Positions 50,964-59,396 are shown, numbered from the stretch's first letter. The stretch is 64,000 bases of DNA from Parcubacteria group bacterium Greene0416_39 (GCA_007375675.1 VMEU01000003.1:8692-72691); one strand, 5' to 3'. Notes: generated by a model from the sequence alone, not told the origin. Program-made: numbers and translations.

Positions 50964-51472
50964 CAGTAGAATTCCTTCTTTTGCGAATTTTGAGGCGCCA
51001 AAATTTTCAGGTCCACGAAGCGCTTGGAGTCGCATACGGTGGTGTAGAAGAAGAGTTCCCTAAAGAAAAGGATCTTATCAAGGCGCATTTGGTGGTGGCG
51101 TTGCTGGAGCAGTGTAAATATCCGACGAACGCTATTCAAGTGAACAAGTTTGTGGGTACTGCGCAAGGATTAAGGGAAACAGATGTTCTCGCGTTCAACA
51201 GAGCAAAAGAGCCGTTTCTACTCGCAGCAGTTGAAGTACCCCAACTGTATGAAGAACGTATGGAAGCTGCAATGCGTGATCTTTACATGCAGGCCGCCCC
51301 GCAAGATCAATCAAAAAGCGTACGCTGGCTCCTTTATTACACCAGGTGGTACGCAACAAAAGGCGTATTGCATAAGAAACACATTGCGGTGGACTACCAA
51401 GGGTTTCCCACGTTTGACTCTTGGCATGCAGCCGGCAGCCCCGCCAGATCCTTTATTCCTCCTTATGCTTAA
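50960..51472 (+). CDS. hypothetical protein, possible PD-(D/E)xK / HsdR-N-like fold
   Basis: 170 aa. ETDVLAFNR...LLAAVEVP pattern is only suggestive. Confidence 0.4.
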   Translation: MTVEFLLLRILRRQNFQVHEALGVAYGGVEEEFPKEKDLIKAHLVVALLEQCKYPTNAIQVNKFVGTAQGLRETDVLAFNRAKEPFLLAAVEVPQLYEERMEAAMRDLYMQAAPQDQSKSVRWLLYYTRWYATKGVLHKKHIAVDYQGFPTFDSWHAAGSPARSFIPPYA

Positions 51473-51473
51473 A

Positions 51474-51504
51474 CTATGATACATAATTTACTGAAACAAC
51501 ATTA
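51474..51504 (+). repeat. 31-bp perfect direct repeat, right copy
   Basis: Identical to 47567-47597. Here it is followed immediately by a stop (..CAACATTAA). Confidence 0.9.
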
Positions 51505-51536
51505 AAGAGAAGGGGATTAATATTGTGCGGCGTTTC

Positions 51537-51565
51537 TTGACTTTTTAGAGTCTTGCTAGTATCTT
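51537..51565 (+). promoter_or_regulatory. candidate promoter TTGACT-17-TATCTT (repeated module)
   Basis: Same module (GTTTGTTGACTTTTTAGAGT) recurs near 53620. Confidence 0.45.
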
Positions 51566-51611
51566 TGGGGTAGCATGGAATGATACGAGACGAGAGGACG
51601 AGGAAATTTCT

Positions 51612-51794
51612 ATGGAGAAATTACCGTGGTGGTATTACATACTATTGGTGATTACCGCAACCGCCATAGTAGCGGTGACCGATGGCGTGTTGGGTCTTCC
51701 TGTCATAGTAAGTTTTCCAAGTACGCTTGCCGGTGCACTGCTCGTGGCAGTACTAACCCGCAAGGCCATAAACAGAAGGAGACGGATCTCATAA
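51612..51794 (+). CDS. small 2-TM membrane protein (60 aa)
   Basis: MEKLPWWYYILLVITATAIVAV... Paralog of 53708..53878. Confidence 0.55.
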   Translation: MEKLPWWYYILLVITATAIVAVTDGVLGLPVIVSFPSTLAGALLVAVLTRKAINRRRRIS

Positions 51795-51845
51795 GATCTG
51801 CCTCTTTTTATTTCAGATTTTTCCGGTTTTTTGGTAGGATACGGT

Positions 51846-53003
51846 ATGGAACCTCTGGCTTCAAAAATTAGGCCCAAGAGCTTGAAAGAATTTGTGGGCC
51901 AAGAACATTTAGTAGGGGAAGGAAAACCTTTGAACATTGCGATTGCTCAAAAGCATCTGTTCTCATTTATCTTGTGGGGGCCGCCTGGTTCTGGGAAAAC
52001 AACTCTGGCAAGAATATATGCCAATAGTCTCAATGCAAAGCTCTATGCGCTTTCTGCTGTATCTGCCGGCAAGGCCGACATTAAGGCAATATTAGAAGAC
52101 AAGACAGAAGGCCAGCCAAAGGAGGGTGCAGTCCTGTACCCTCCAAAGCTTTTATTTCTTGACGAGATTCACAGGTTTAACAAGGCACAGCAAGATTTTC
52201 TTTTGCCGTATGTGGAAACCGGAGAAATTACTCTTGTAGGAGCTACAACCGAAAACCCAAGTTTTGAGGTTATTTCACCCCTGCTTTCAAGGTGCCGTGT
52301 TTTTGTGCTCAACGAACTCTCTGGCCAAGAGATGACAACAATCATTAAACATACAGGATTTAAGTTAGACAAAAAGGCAAACGACTGGCTTGTTGCAATG
52401 GCGAATGGAGACGCCAGGCAGGCTATTTCAATGCTTGAAAATACCAAAGAGCTGTATGGCACTATTACCCTCGCAACACTCAAAGATACGCTACAGGCAA
52501 AGTTTCTTCGCTATGACAAGAAAGGGGAGGAGCACTACAATACCATTTCGGCTTTTATTAAGAGCATGAGAGCTTCACAGCCCAATGCCGCCCTGTACTA
52601 CTTGGCGAGAATGATTGACGCAGGAGAAGATCCCAAGTTTATTGCAAGAAGAATGGTTATTTTTGCTTCAGAAGATATTGGACTTGCCCATCCCACAGCT
52701 CTTGTTGTTGCAAATGGGGTATTTCGAGCAGTGGAGATTATTGGACTCCCGGAGTGTGCCATAAACCTTGCGCATGGCGTGGCATATTTATGCGAATGCA
52801 AAAAAGACAGGAGTGCATATGACGCATATTTTAAGGCCGTAGATGATGTGAAAGAACATGGAAACCTGCCGGTTCCTTTAAAATTGAGAAATGCTCCCAC
52901 CAAGCTCATGGAAGAATTGGAGTACGGAAAGGATTACGAAAAATATACAGAAGAAGATTTATTGCCAGAAAAGTTAAAAGGAAAAAAGTATCTTTTTAAG
53001 TAA
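51846..53003 (+). CDS. rarA: replication-associated recombination protein RarA/MgsA
   Basis: [33 protein letters not shown], MgsA C-terminal domain. Confidence 0.92.
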   Translation: MEPLASKIRPKSLKEFVGQEHLVGEGKPLNIAIAQKHLFSFILWGPPGSGKTTLARIYANSLNAKLYALSAVSAGKADIKAILEDKTEGQPKEGAVLYPPKLLFLDEIHRFNKAQQDFLLPYVETGEITLVGATTENPSFEVISPLLSRCRVFVLNELSGQEMTTIIKHTGFKLDKKANDWLVAMANGDARQAISMLENTKELYGTITLATLKDTLQAKFLRYDKKGEEHYNTISAFIKSMRASQPNAALYYLARMIDAGEDPKFIARRMVIFASEDIGLAHPTALVVANGVFRAVEIIGLPECAINLAHGVAYLCECKKDRSAYDAYFKAVDDVKEHGNLPVPLKLRNAPTKLMEELEYGKDYEKYTEEDLLPEKLKGKKYLFK

Positions 53004-53105
53004 CGAGGGTCTGACCCTTGTAATAGAGGATTAATACTGTGCGAGATTTCTGGACAAAAGAAAGAAAATATGGAATAATTTGAGTTAGAAAGGAGGGCTA
53101 TAACT

Positions 53106-53390
53106 ATGCCAAACTGGCAGGGCAAGAAATCGGGAGGAACTCACACAACCCTTATCGATGCGGCAGAACCCCTCGTAAAGGCAGCAGAAAAGCTGCCAGA
53201 GGTCACCAAGATAGTCCTTGGTTTTATCAAGGCAACTCCTGGTAAGAAGGGGAAAAGGAGGGTAAAGTTTACTATAACCAGGAGCGGGTTCTTGATGATC
53301 GTGCGCGGGAACACGTCTGTTCAGGAAATCCGTATCTATACGGATTCTCCCAAAGAAGTAAAACAAAACTTGGAAAAGGTTCGTCTATAG
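53106..53390 (+). CDS. hypothetical protein (94 aa)
   Basis: AAAGGAGGG RBS. Full-length paralog of the fragment at 45758. Terminator GGCCTCAG/CTGAGGCC. Confidence 0.55.
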   Translation: MPNWQGKKSGGTHTTLIDAAEPLVKAAEKLPEVTKIVLGFIKATPGKKGKRRVKFTITRSGFLMIVRGNTSVQEIRIYTDSPKEVKQNLEKVRL

Positions 53391-53707
53391 GCCTCAGCGG
53401 GAAACTCTGAGGCCTTGAACTTTAGTTAATTTTGATTGATAGCAGCGCAGAGGAGTGGTATACATACCTCAGAGCATCTTGCAAAAGAAATTCTTGAAGC
53501 GTGGTTTTCAACCAAATTCGACGAAGAAGGCCTTAACGAAGCCCATAAACTCGACGAATAAAAAAGGTTGAAATCTATTTTGTAAAAAGGTGTTAACCTC
53601 ACCGTTGTGCGATGTTTGTTGACTTTTTAGAGTTTTTCTATCATCTTTAAACTAGCATTTGAGCTAGCAAGAAAGGAAAACGTGATAAAGACATACGAGG
53701 ACGGGGA

Positions 53708-53878
53708 ATGAGACAATTGCCGTTGTGGTACTACGCAATCCTGATTGTTACCGTACTCACCGTAGGGGTGGTGACAAATAAGCTCGGTTTTTCTCCAGTG
53801 AGAAGCTTGGTAATTACGGTGGGGGCATTGTTTATTGCGGTAGGGATACTCCGAGCAATACTAAAGAAGGCACCCTAG
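53708..53878 (+). CDS. small 2-TM membrane protein (56 aa)
   Basis: MRQLPLWYYAILIVTVLTVGVV... Not in the track. Terminator AAGGCAC/GTGCCTT. Confidence 0.5.
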   Translation: MRQLPLWYYAILIVTVLTVGVVTNKLGFSPVRSLVITVGALFIAVGILRAILKKAP

Positions 53879-53894
53879 TGCCTTCTTTCTTTGA

Positions 53895-53923
53895 TTGACA
53901 GCAGCGCAGGGGAGGGGAATAAT
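53895..53923 (+). promoter_or_regulatory. promoter TTGACA-17-AATAAT, 5 nt before the ATG
   Basis: The module TTGATTGAYAGCAGCGCAGRGGAG also occurs at 53433. Confidence 0.5.
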
Positions 53924-53928
53924 GGAGT

Positions 53929-54165
53929 ATGAACAAAAAGACCCCAAAAAATGAGAACAAGCGTGACCGATTTCGCCGCTTAGCTCAACGCAGGACGAAT
54001 ATAGTTATTAACCGGCTGCGAATTCTTGGAAATTGCGCAGACAAGGGAAGGTACGAATACGCAAAAGAAGACATGGAGCGCATCTTTTCTGCCATTGATA
54101 GACGGCTCAACAAAATAAAAGCAAAGTTTGATCTTCCCACCGATAGGGAAGAGTTCAAGCTTTAA
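53929..54165 (+). CDS. hypothetical basic protein (78 aa)
   Basis: ORF convergent with and abutting the recombinase stop. Confidence 0.5.
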   Translation: MNKKTPKNENKRDRFRRLAQRRTNIVINRLRILGNCADKGRYEYAKEDMERIFSAIDRRLNKIKAKFDLPTDREEFKL

Positions 54166-56382
54166 CTACTTCAGGTTTTTGCCGCTGTGGAACTGGCGGT
54201 GGACATCACGAAGCTGTTTTGAAGTCACGTGAGCGTATATTTGGGTTGTAGCTGGATTTTTATGCCCCAGGAATTCTTGGATTAACCGAAGGTCTACCCC
54301 CTGCGAGAGAAGGTCGGTGGCAAAGGAGTTATGGCTTATAAACCCATCAGTGATAAGGTTGCCATGCCATCTACTAATGCCAAAGTCATATACCGAATAA
54401 CGAGGCGAAGAAGAAACTTTCGTTTTTTCATGGAGCTTCAACCATTGAATGGTATCTGCATACGCAATCTTTTTTAACTGGGCCAAGTACTGGGAATTGT
54501 AGCCAGCGTCTTCTAGTTGCTGTACAATATGTTGCACAGTTTTGCGGCTTGGGTTGAGTTTTTCTATGTATCTGCCTATATCGTTGATGCTGTAGTTTCT
54601 CCGCAAGGCCTGGATCCACTGAATCTTTTTTCGTGTTGTATCCTTTCGTATGACTTCAAGGAGCGGTCCCACTGGTAGTTTCTGGCCCTGGAAATGTTTT
54701 TCTACGTTCAGAAAACGTCTTTTGAATGTTTTTATGTGTTCCAAAAATAGCTCCTGATCCGGTTTGTGGAGGATATGGAGCGTATAAAATTTGTGGGAGA
54801 ATAAACGCTTTTGAGGCAATATTACTGTTCTATTGCGCCAGTTGAGATGGGAGTCTATTCCAAACCTCAAGAGTCCCATTTGAACGTCTTTAAGGAGTTC
54901 TACGCTTGAAGAAAATATCCTTATATTGCCCGAGTTTCCTTCGGCATCGTAGAATCCTGCGAGAAACTCGGCTAGTTCGTTCAGTGGCGCAGAAAGCATT
55001 TCCTTGGGCATTCGTCGGCCATTAGCGCCTGGTTCAAAACCAATCTGGAGTAGAAACTCCACAAGCTCGGCGTTATAAACAGTAAGCTGCCAAGAGTTGC
55101 TGACTTTACTTTTTTTTAGGGTTGGGACGACATAGAACAATTCATTAATCCAATTCATATAACTCTTGAGCATCTCTTTGTTTTTGTCTGTAAGAAGAAC
55201 CGCGCGCCTAGCTCTACTTACCGTACCGTCTCCGTAGATATACCCAAGGATTCTTGCAAAACGGGGATGTACGAATGGCTTTCCTTGGATTGTTATCTTT
55301 TTCACTCCCATGACGTAGTCACCAATCTTTAGCTCCCTTGCTTGTTTTTCTTCTATGCCTTTTTTCCCTATCGTGAAAAGTCTGTGATTGGGGGAACAAA
55401 GAAGGTTATAGCCACCAGCCCATAAAGAAAGGAGAGGAGTAATATGGTAGCTTCGCTCTTTCAGAGTAAGATTTTGGAATTGAAAACCTGCCCATTCGAG
55501 TGCCTGAACTTCTGCGGACGTTTTAAAATATAAATCCCGTGCCGATACAATACCATCACGTAAAACTATTCGCGTGGTAGGGGAGAGGCAGTGGCGCAAC
55601 GTATGAGGAGTGGTAAAAGAGGGGACACCCGCACGGAGTGCGTATTGCTTCACGATATTCTCAATAGAACGGGCGGAGAGTCGTTTTGAGGCGTTTTTTG
55701 GCCCCCTGTAATTGATGAATAAGGGTTTTTCATCGTCTCTCCGGGTCTTAAGATATTCCTTGAGAGCGTTTACGGCACGCTCCGAAAAGTAGACTGGGCG
55801 AACTCGCCCACCCTTTCCGGTGATTACCACTTCAAGCTGCGTAGTATCGGAAGATATCTTGATCTGTTCTCGGTCAAGACTCACAAGTTCCGCCACCCGC
55901 AGGCCCGTAGAGAAGAAACTTTCGAGGATCGCACGATCCCGCAGTCCTGCATTTGTGGAAGAATTGGGTGCCGCGAGAAGTTTCTTGAGCTGTTCGAGAT
56001 TTAAAAACTTTACTTTGCGTTCTTCTTTTTCCCGGATAAGTTTTATTTTATCTGCTGGGAGAGAAAGAATGTTTCGTTCGGTAAAGAATGACAGCAGGGA
56101 TCTTACAGCTATAAGATAATAGTTCTGCGTAGAACGCTTCAGAGGTTCTTTAGTAGTCTTGTGGAGGGTTTGAGAAAGAAAGAGGCGATAGTCCCAGATG
56201 TGCTGGTCGTCAAGCTCGTGAGGTTTTAGGGATTGGAGGTTTTGTGAGGAAAACCAATCAGAAAATTTTTTTAAGAATCTTGCGTATGTTTCCTGGCTTT
56301 TGTATCCCAAACCTTTCTCAACGTCACAATATTCAAGAAAATCTTTTATATGTTCAGTAATGGTTTTTTTGCTTTTTTGCAT
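54166..56382 (-). CDS. Xer/phage-integrase-family tyrosine recombinase containing an intein
   Basis: Exteins are residues 1-264 and 686-738: SAM-like N-domain, STGLRVAELVSL, TPHTLRH | SFATDLLSQGVDLRLIQEFLGHKNPATTQIYAHV. Confidence 0.88.
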   Translation of the reverse strand: MQKSKKTITEHIKDFLEYCDVEKGLGYKSQETYARFLKKFSDWFSSQNLQSLKPHELDDQHIWDYRLFLSQTLHKTTKEPLKRSTQNYYLIAVRSLLSFFTERNILSLPADKIKLIREKEERKVKFLNLEQLKKLLAAPNSSTNAGLRDRAILESFFSTGLRVAELVSLDREQIKISSDTTQLEVVITGKGGRVRPVYFSERAVNALKEYLKTRRDDEKPLFINYRGPKNASKRLSARSIENIVKQYALRAGVPSFTTPHTLRHCLSPTTRIVLRDGIVSARDLYFKTSAEVQALEWAGFQFQNLTLKERSYHITPLLSLWAGGYNLLCSPNHRLFTIGKKGIEEKQARELKIGDYVMGVKKITIQGKPFVHPRFARILGYIYGDGTVSRARRAVLLTDKNKEMLKSYMNWINELFYVVPTLKKSKVSNSWQLTVYNAELVEFLLQIGFEPGANGRRMPKEMLSAPLNELAEFLAGFYDAEGNSGNIRIFSSSVELLKDVQMGLLRFGIDSHLNWRNRTVILPQKRLFSHKFYTLHILHKPDQELFLEHIKTFKRRFLNVEKHFQGQKLPVGPLLEVIRKDTTRKKIQWIQALRRNYSINDIGRYIEKLNPSRKTVQHIVQQLEDAGYNSQYLAQLKKIAYADTIQWLKLHEKTKVSSSPRYSVYDFGISRWHGNLITDGFISHNSFATDLLSQGVDLRLIQEFLGHKNPATTQIYAHVTSKQLRDVHRQFHSGKNLK
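54328..55590 (-). mobile_element. 421-aa intein with LAGLIDADG homing-endonuclease domain
   Basis: Cys1 codon TGC at 55590-55588 (CLSPTTRIVLRDG). CSPNHRLF block B. ILGYIYGDGTV and FLAGFYDAEGN. Terminal ..GFISHN (AAC at 54330-54328) followed by Ser+1. Confidence 0.85.
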
Positions 56383-56530
56383 GGGGAGTGTGATACTGGT
56401 ATGTCAAGCTTCGCTAAAGGTACATTATGCGAAGTATACTATACTTATACCATATCCCTCCCCTTAGGGGTATGTCAACCCTCCTGTTAGAGATACCAAA
56501 GAAGGCCTTATTTTAGGCCTCTAGGATGGC

Positions 56531-56782
56531 CTAGGGCACGAGATTCTCGGTTCCTGCAGGTAGATTGCCCTTGATAAGGTCTATGATCTTAGAAAGCCAG
56601 GGCGTAAAGAGTCCCTTGTAGAAGTTCCAGTCGTCCTGAAACACCTGGCTGAATGCGGTTTTGAAGGCATCCCAGGAAGGATTCTGGAAAAAGTCGGCAA
56701 AGGGCGCCAACTGCACCTTTCCAAACACTACTGGAACGAGGAAGAATATAAGAAACAGAACGATTGCTTTTTTGAGGGTCAT
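56531..56782 (-). CDS. small secreted/membrane-anchored hypothetical protein (83 aa)
   Basis: N-terminal signal/TM helix LFLIFFLVPVVFG. Overlaps the gltX stop by 4 nt. Confidence 0.5.
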   Translation of the reverse strand: MTLKKAIVLFLIFFLVPVVFGKVQLAPFADFFQNPSWDAFKTAFSQVFQDDWNFYKGLFTPWLSKIIDLIKGNLPAGTENLVP

Positions 56783-58194
56783 GAAAGGAGTTGTATTGCT
56801 TCTTGTATGCGCTCGACCGTTTTTTCTTTTCCTAAGACTGAAGCGATTTCAAATGGCCCTGCTGACGCCTCTTTTCCTGAAAGCGCAACTCTCAATGGCC
56901 AGAGTAAGTATCCCCTGTCCCCCATTGTAGCTTTGGCAAGAAATACCTGTTCAAGTTTTTCTTTTGTCCATTCATCTGCTTTCAAAGACGCGGCAATGTT
57001 TTCGCACTGCTCAAGAGCGTCTTTTGCATCCTTTTCAGTATACTTCTTCCAGCGCAACATGTCTTTTGGATAACTTAGCTTGTCTTTAAAGAAAAAATCC
57101 GCGAATCCCACAATTTCTGAAAGTTTTTTCAGGCGTTCCTGGTATAGAGAAACAACTTTCTCAAGAAGTGGGAGGTCAACGTCAAATCCTGCGGATTCCA
57201 GGTACGGCTTGCAGAATTCTGCCAATTCTTTCAAAGATTTTTTGCGGATGTACGAACCGTTGATCCAGTCTAAACGCTTGGGGTTAAAGACTGCTCCTCC
57301 TTTATGAACCCTTTCTAGTGAAAACTCTTTCACGAGTTCTTCTAGGGTGAAGAGTTCGCGGTTGTCTCCAGGGTTCCAGCCAAGCAACACAAGAAAATTC
57401 ACAATTGCCTCAGGAAGATACCCCTGTATTCTGAACTGCGTCACGGAATTATCCCCGTGGCGTTTGCTCAACTTTGTACGATCTCCTCCTAAAACCAAAG
57501 GAAGATGCGCGTATGCAGGCCTCGTGAAACCAAGGGCTTCCTGGAGAAGAATCTGCTTTGGGGTGTTGGAAATATGGTCTTCTCCTCGGATCACGTGGGT
57601 GATAGTCATCTCAAAATCATCAACAACCACCGAAAAGTTATACAGAGGCGTTGTCAGGTCTTTTGCAATTACTATATCCCCCATTAACCCGGCATCAAAC
57701 TTCACCTGGCCCCGAATAAGGTCATGGAACGAAACAATTTTTGCTGGAACAAGAAAACGAATCACGCAAGGTTTTTTTTCTTGGAGATTTTTTTCAAGTT
57801 CTTTTGGAGTAAGAGTTCTGCACGTTCCTTTGTAAGAAGGCGCTACTCCCCTGCTCAACTGGTCTTGGCGTTGCGCTTCCAGGTCTTCTTCTTTGCAAAA
57901 GCAGTAATATGCCTTTCCCTGCGTTAAAAGCTGCGTGAGATATTTTGCGTAAATTTCTGTTCGTTCGCTCTGGCGATAGAATTCATCCCATTCAAGGCCA
58001 AGCCATGTGAGATTGTCTACAATATCCTGTTCCCATTCTGGTTTGGAACGTTCCTTATCAGTATCTTCAATACGCAAGACAAAAGTTCCTTCTGTATGTT
58101 TTGCAAAAAGATAGTTGAACAACGCAGCCCTTACATTCCCCATATGCAAAGCACCCGTAGGAGAAGGCGCAAACCGTGTGCGAACCTTTTTCAT
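56779..58194 (-). CDS. gltX: glutamyl-tRNA synthetase
   Basis: RFAPSPTGALHMGNVRAA (HIGH-type) and KLSKRHG (KMSKS). Confidence 0.95.
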   Translation of the reverse strand: MKKVRTRFAPSPTGALHMGNVRAALFNYLFAKHTEGTFVLRIEDTDKERSKPEWEQDIVDNLTWLGLEWDEFYRQSERTEIYAKYLTQLLTQGKAYYCFCKEEDLEAQRQDQLSRGVAPSYKGTCRTLTPKELEKNLQEKKPCVIRFLVPAKIVSFHDLIRGQVKFDAGLMGDIVIAKDLTTPLYNFSVVVDDFEMTITHVIRGEDHISNTPKQILLQEALGFTRPAYAHLPLVLGGDRTKLSKRHGDNSVTQFRIQGYLPEAIVNFLVLLGWNPGDNRELFTLEELVKEFSLERVHKGGAVFNPKRLDWINGSYIRKKSLKELAEFCKPYLESAGFDVDLPLLEKVVSLYQERLKKLSEIVGFADFFFKDKLSYPKDMLRWKKYTEKDAKDALEQCENIAASLKADEWTKEKLEQVFLAKATMGDRGYLLWPLRVALSGKEASAGPFEIASVLGKEKTVERIQEAIQLLS

Positions 58195-58209
58195 ACCTCA
58201 ACCGTACCA

Positions 58210-59361
58210 CTAACTTTTGAGATACTCAAGGATGTACTGTGCAAGAGTTTTGGCGGCGGCGGGTTTTGCGAAACTTAAAGCGGCTTGAGACATCTTCTGG
58301 AGCTCTTGGGGATTGTGAAGCAGATACCTAAGTTTCTCCAGAAAAAAATGCGGGGTGAGGTTTGATTCCTCAAGCACAATTGCTGCTCCGGTTCTTGCAT
58401 ACTCATAGGCGTTCTCAAGTTGATGGCCTTGAGCGGATTCTGGAAGCGGAATCAAAATAGAGGGCTTTCCCAAAGCTGCAACTTCAAAAATGATTCCAGA
58501 CCCTGCCCTGCTCACAACAAAATCTGAAACTGCGTAGGCGTGCTTGAGTTCGTTTTCAGGAAGAAACGGCCTTGGATGATACAAAGCATCTTTTGGAGAT
58601 TTCATCACTACCTTTGCTTCGGCCACAACTTGGTCAAAGTTTTTCTCCCCTGTTTGGTGGATGATTTCGCATACATCCAAAGCATCGTTCAGAGCAAGCA
58701 AAAGCATATCGTTTATTCTTTGAGCTCCTTGAGACCCCCCAAGAACCAATAGAACGGGCTTGTCTCCTTTGGAGGGTACAGTACTGTACCCTCCTTTGAG
58801 CTTGAAAATTTCAGCAGCCTCTGCTTTTGAGCCTGCAAGTATTTCCTTGCGTATAGGGTTTCCTATCGCCATTGCCTTTTCTAAAGAAAGATTCTTTGTA
58901 CGAGGAAAAGAGGTAAAAAGTTTCAAGGCAAACGTTGCCCCAATTCTGTTGGCAAGGCCGGCAACCGAATCTGACTCATGCAAGAATATGGGTATTCGCA
59001 AAAGCCAGCCTGCAATGGTTGCGGGAAGCGCGCCGTATCCCCCTTTGGAAACGATAACGTCGGGAGCAAGGACAAAGAGTTTCCAGAACGCCTGCATAAT
59101 GCCAAAGGGCACAAAAAAGAAAAGATCAACAATATTTTGAAGAATTGCTTTTACTCCGCCGTATCTTCTCAGCTTTCCTGCCAGCACTTTTGACACCTTA
59201 ATCCCCTCTTGAGAAAGGAACATTGTTCCAAAGTCATCTTGCGGGCCAAGGTAAAAAAATTCCACGTCTTTACTCCCGGAGATTTTACGTATCTCCCTTG
59301 CAATTGCGACAATGGGCAAAATGTGCCCGCCTGTTCCGCCCCCTGTAAACAAAATCTTCAT
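58210..59361 (-). CDS. murG: UDP-GlcNAc:lipid I GlcNAc transferase MurG
   Basis: MKILFTGGGTGGHILP... Confidence 0.93.
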   Translation of the reverse strand: MKILFTGGGTGGHILPIVAIAREIRKISGSKDVEFFYLGPQDDFGTMFLSQEGIKVSKVLAGKLRRYGGVKAILQNIVDLFFFVPFGIMQAFWKLFVLAPDVIVSKGGYGALPATIAGWLLRIPIFLHESDSVAGLANRIGATFALKLFTSFPRTKNLSLEKAMAIGNPIRKEILAGSKAEAAEIFKLKGGYSTVPSKGDKPVLLVLGGSQGAQRINDMLLLALNDALDVCEIIHQTGEKNFDQVVAEAKVVMKSPKDALYHPRPFLPENELKHAYAVSDFVVSRAGSGIIFEVAALGKPSILIPLPESAQGHQLENAYEYARTGAAIVLEESNLTPHFFLEKLRYLLHNPQELQKMSQAALSFAKPAAAKTLAQYILEYLKS

Positions 59362-59396
59362 GGTAAGTTATCCCATCATACCTTGGTTTTTCGAAT

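Noticed and set aside
53460-53562. Possible small ORF after the repeated promoter module at 53433 (frames ending ...HLAKEILEAWFSTKFDEEGLNEAHKLDE* or a basic 38-aa GTG-initiated peptide).
   Set aside because: The acidic frame has no ATG, and the other frame has only a weak GTG. I cannot decide which frame, if either, is coding.
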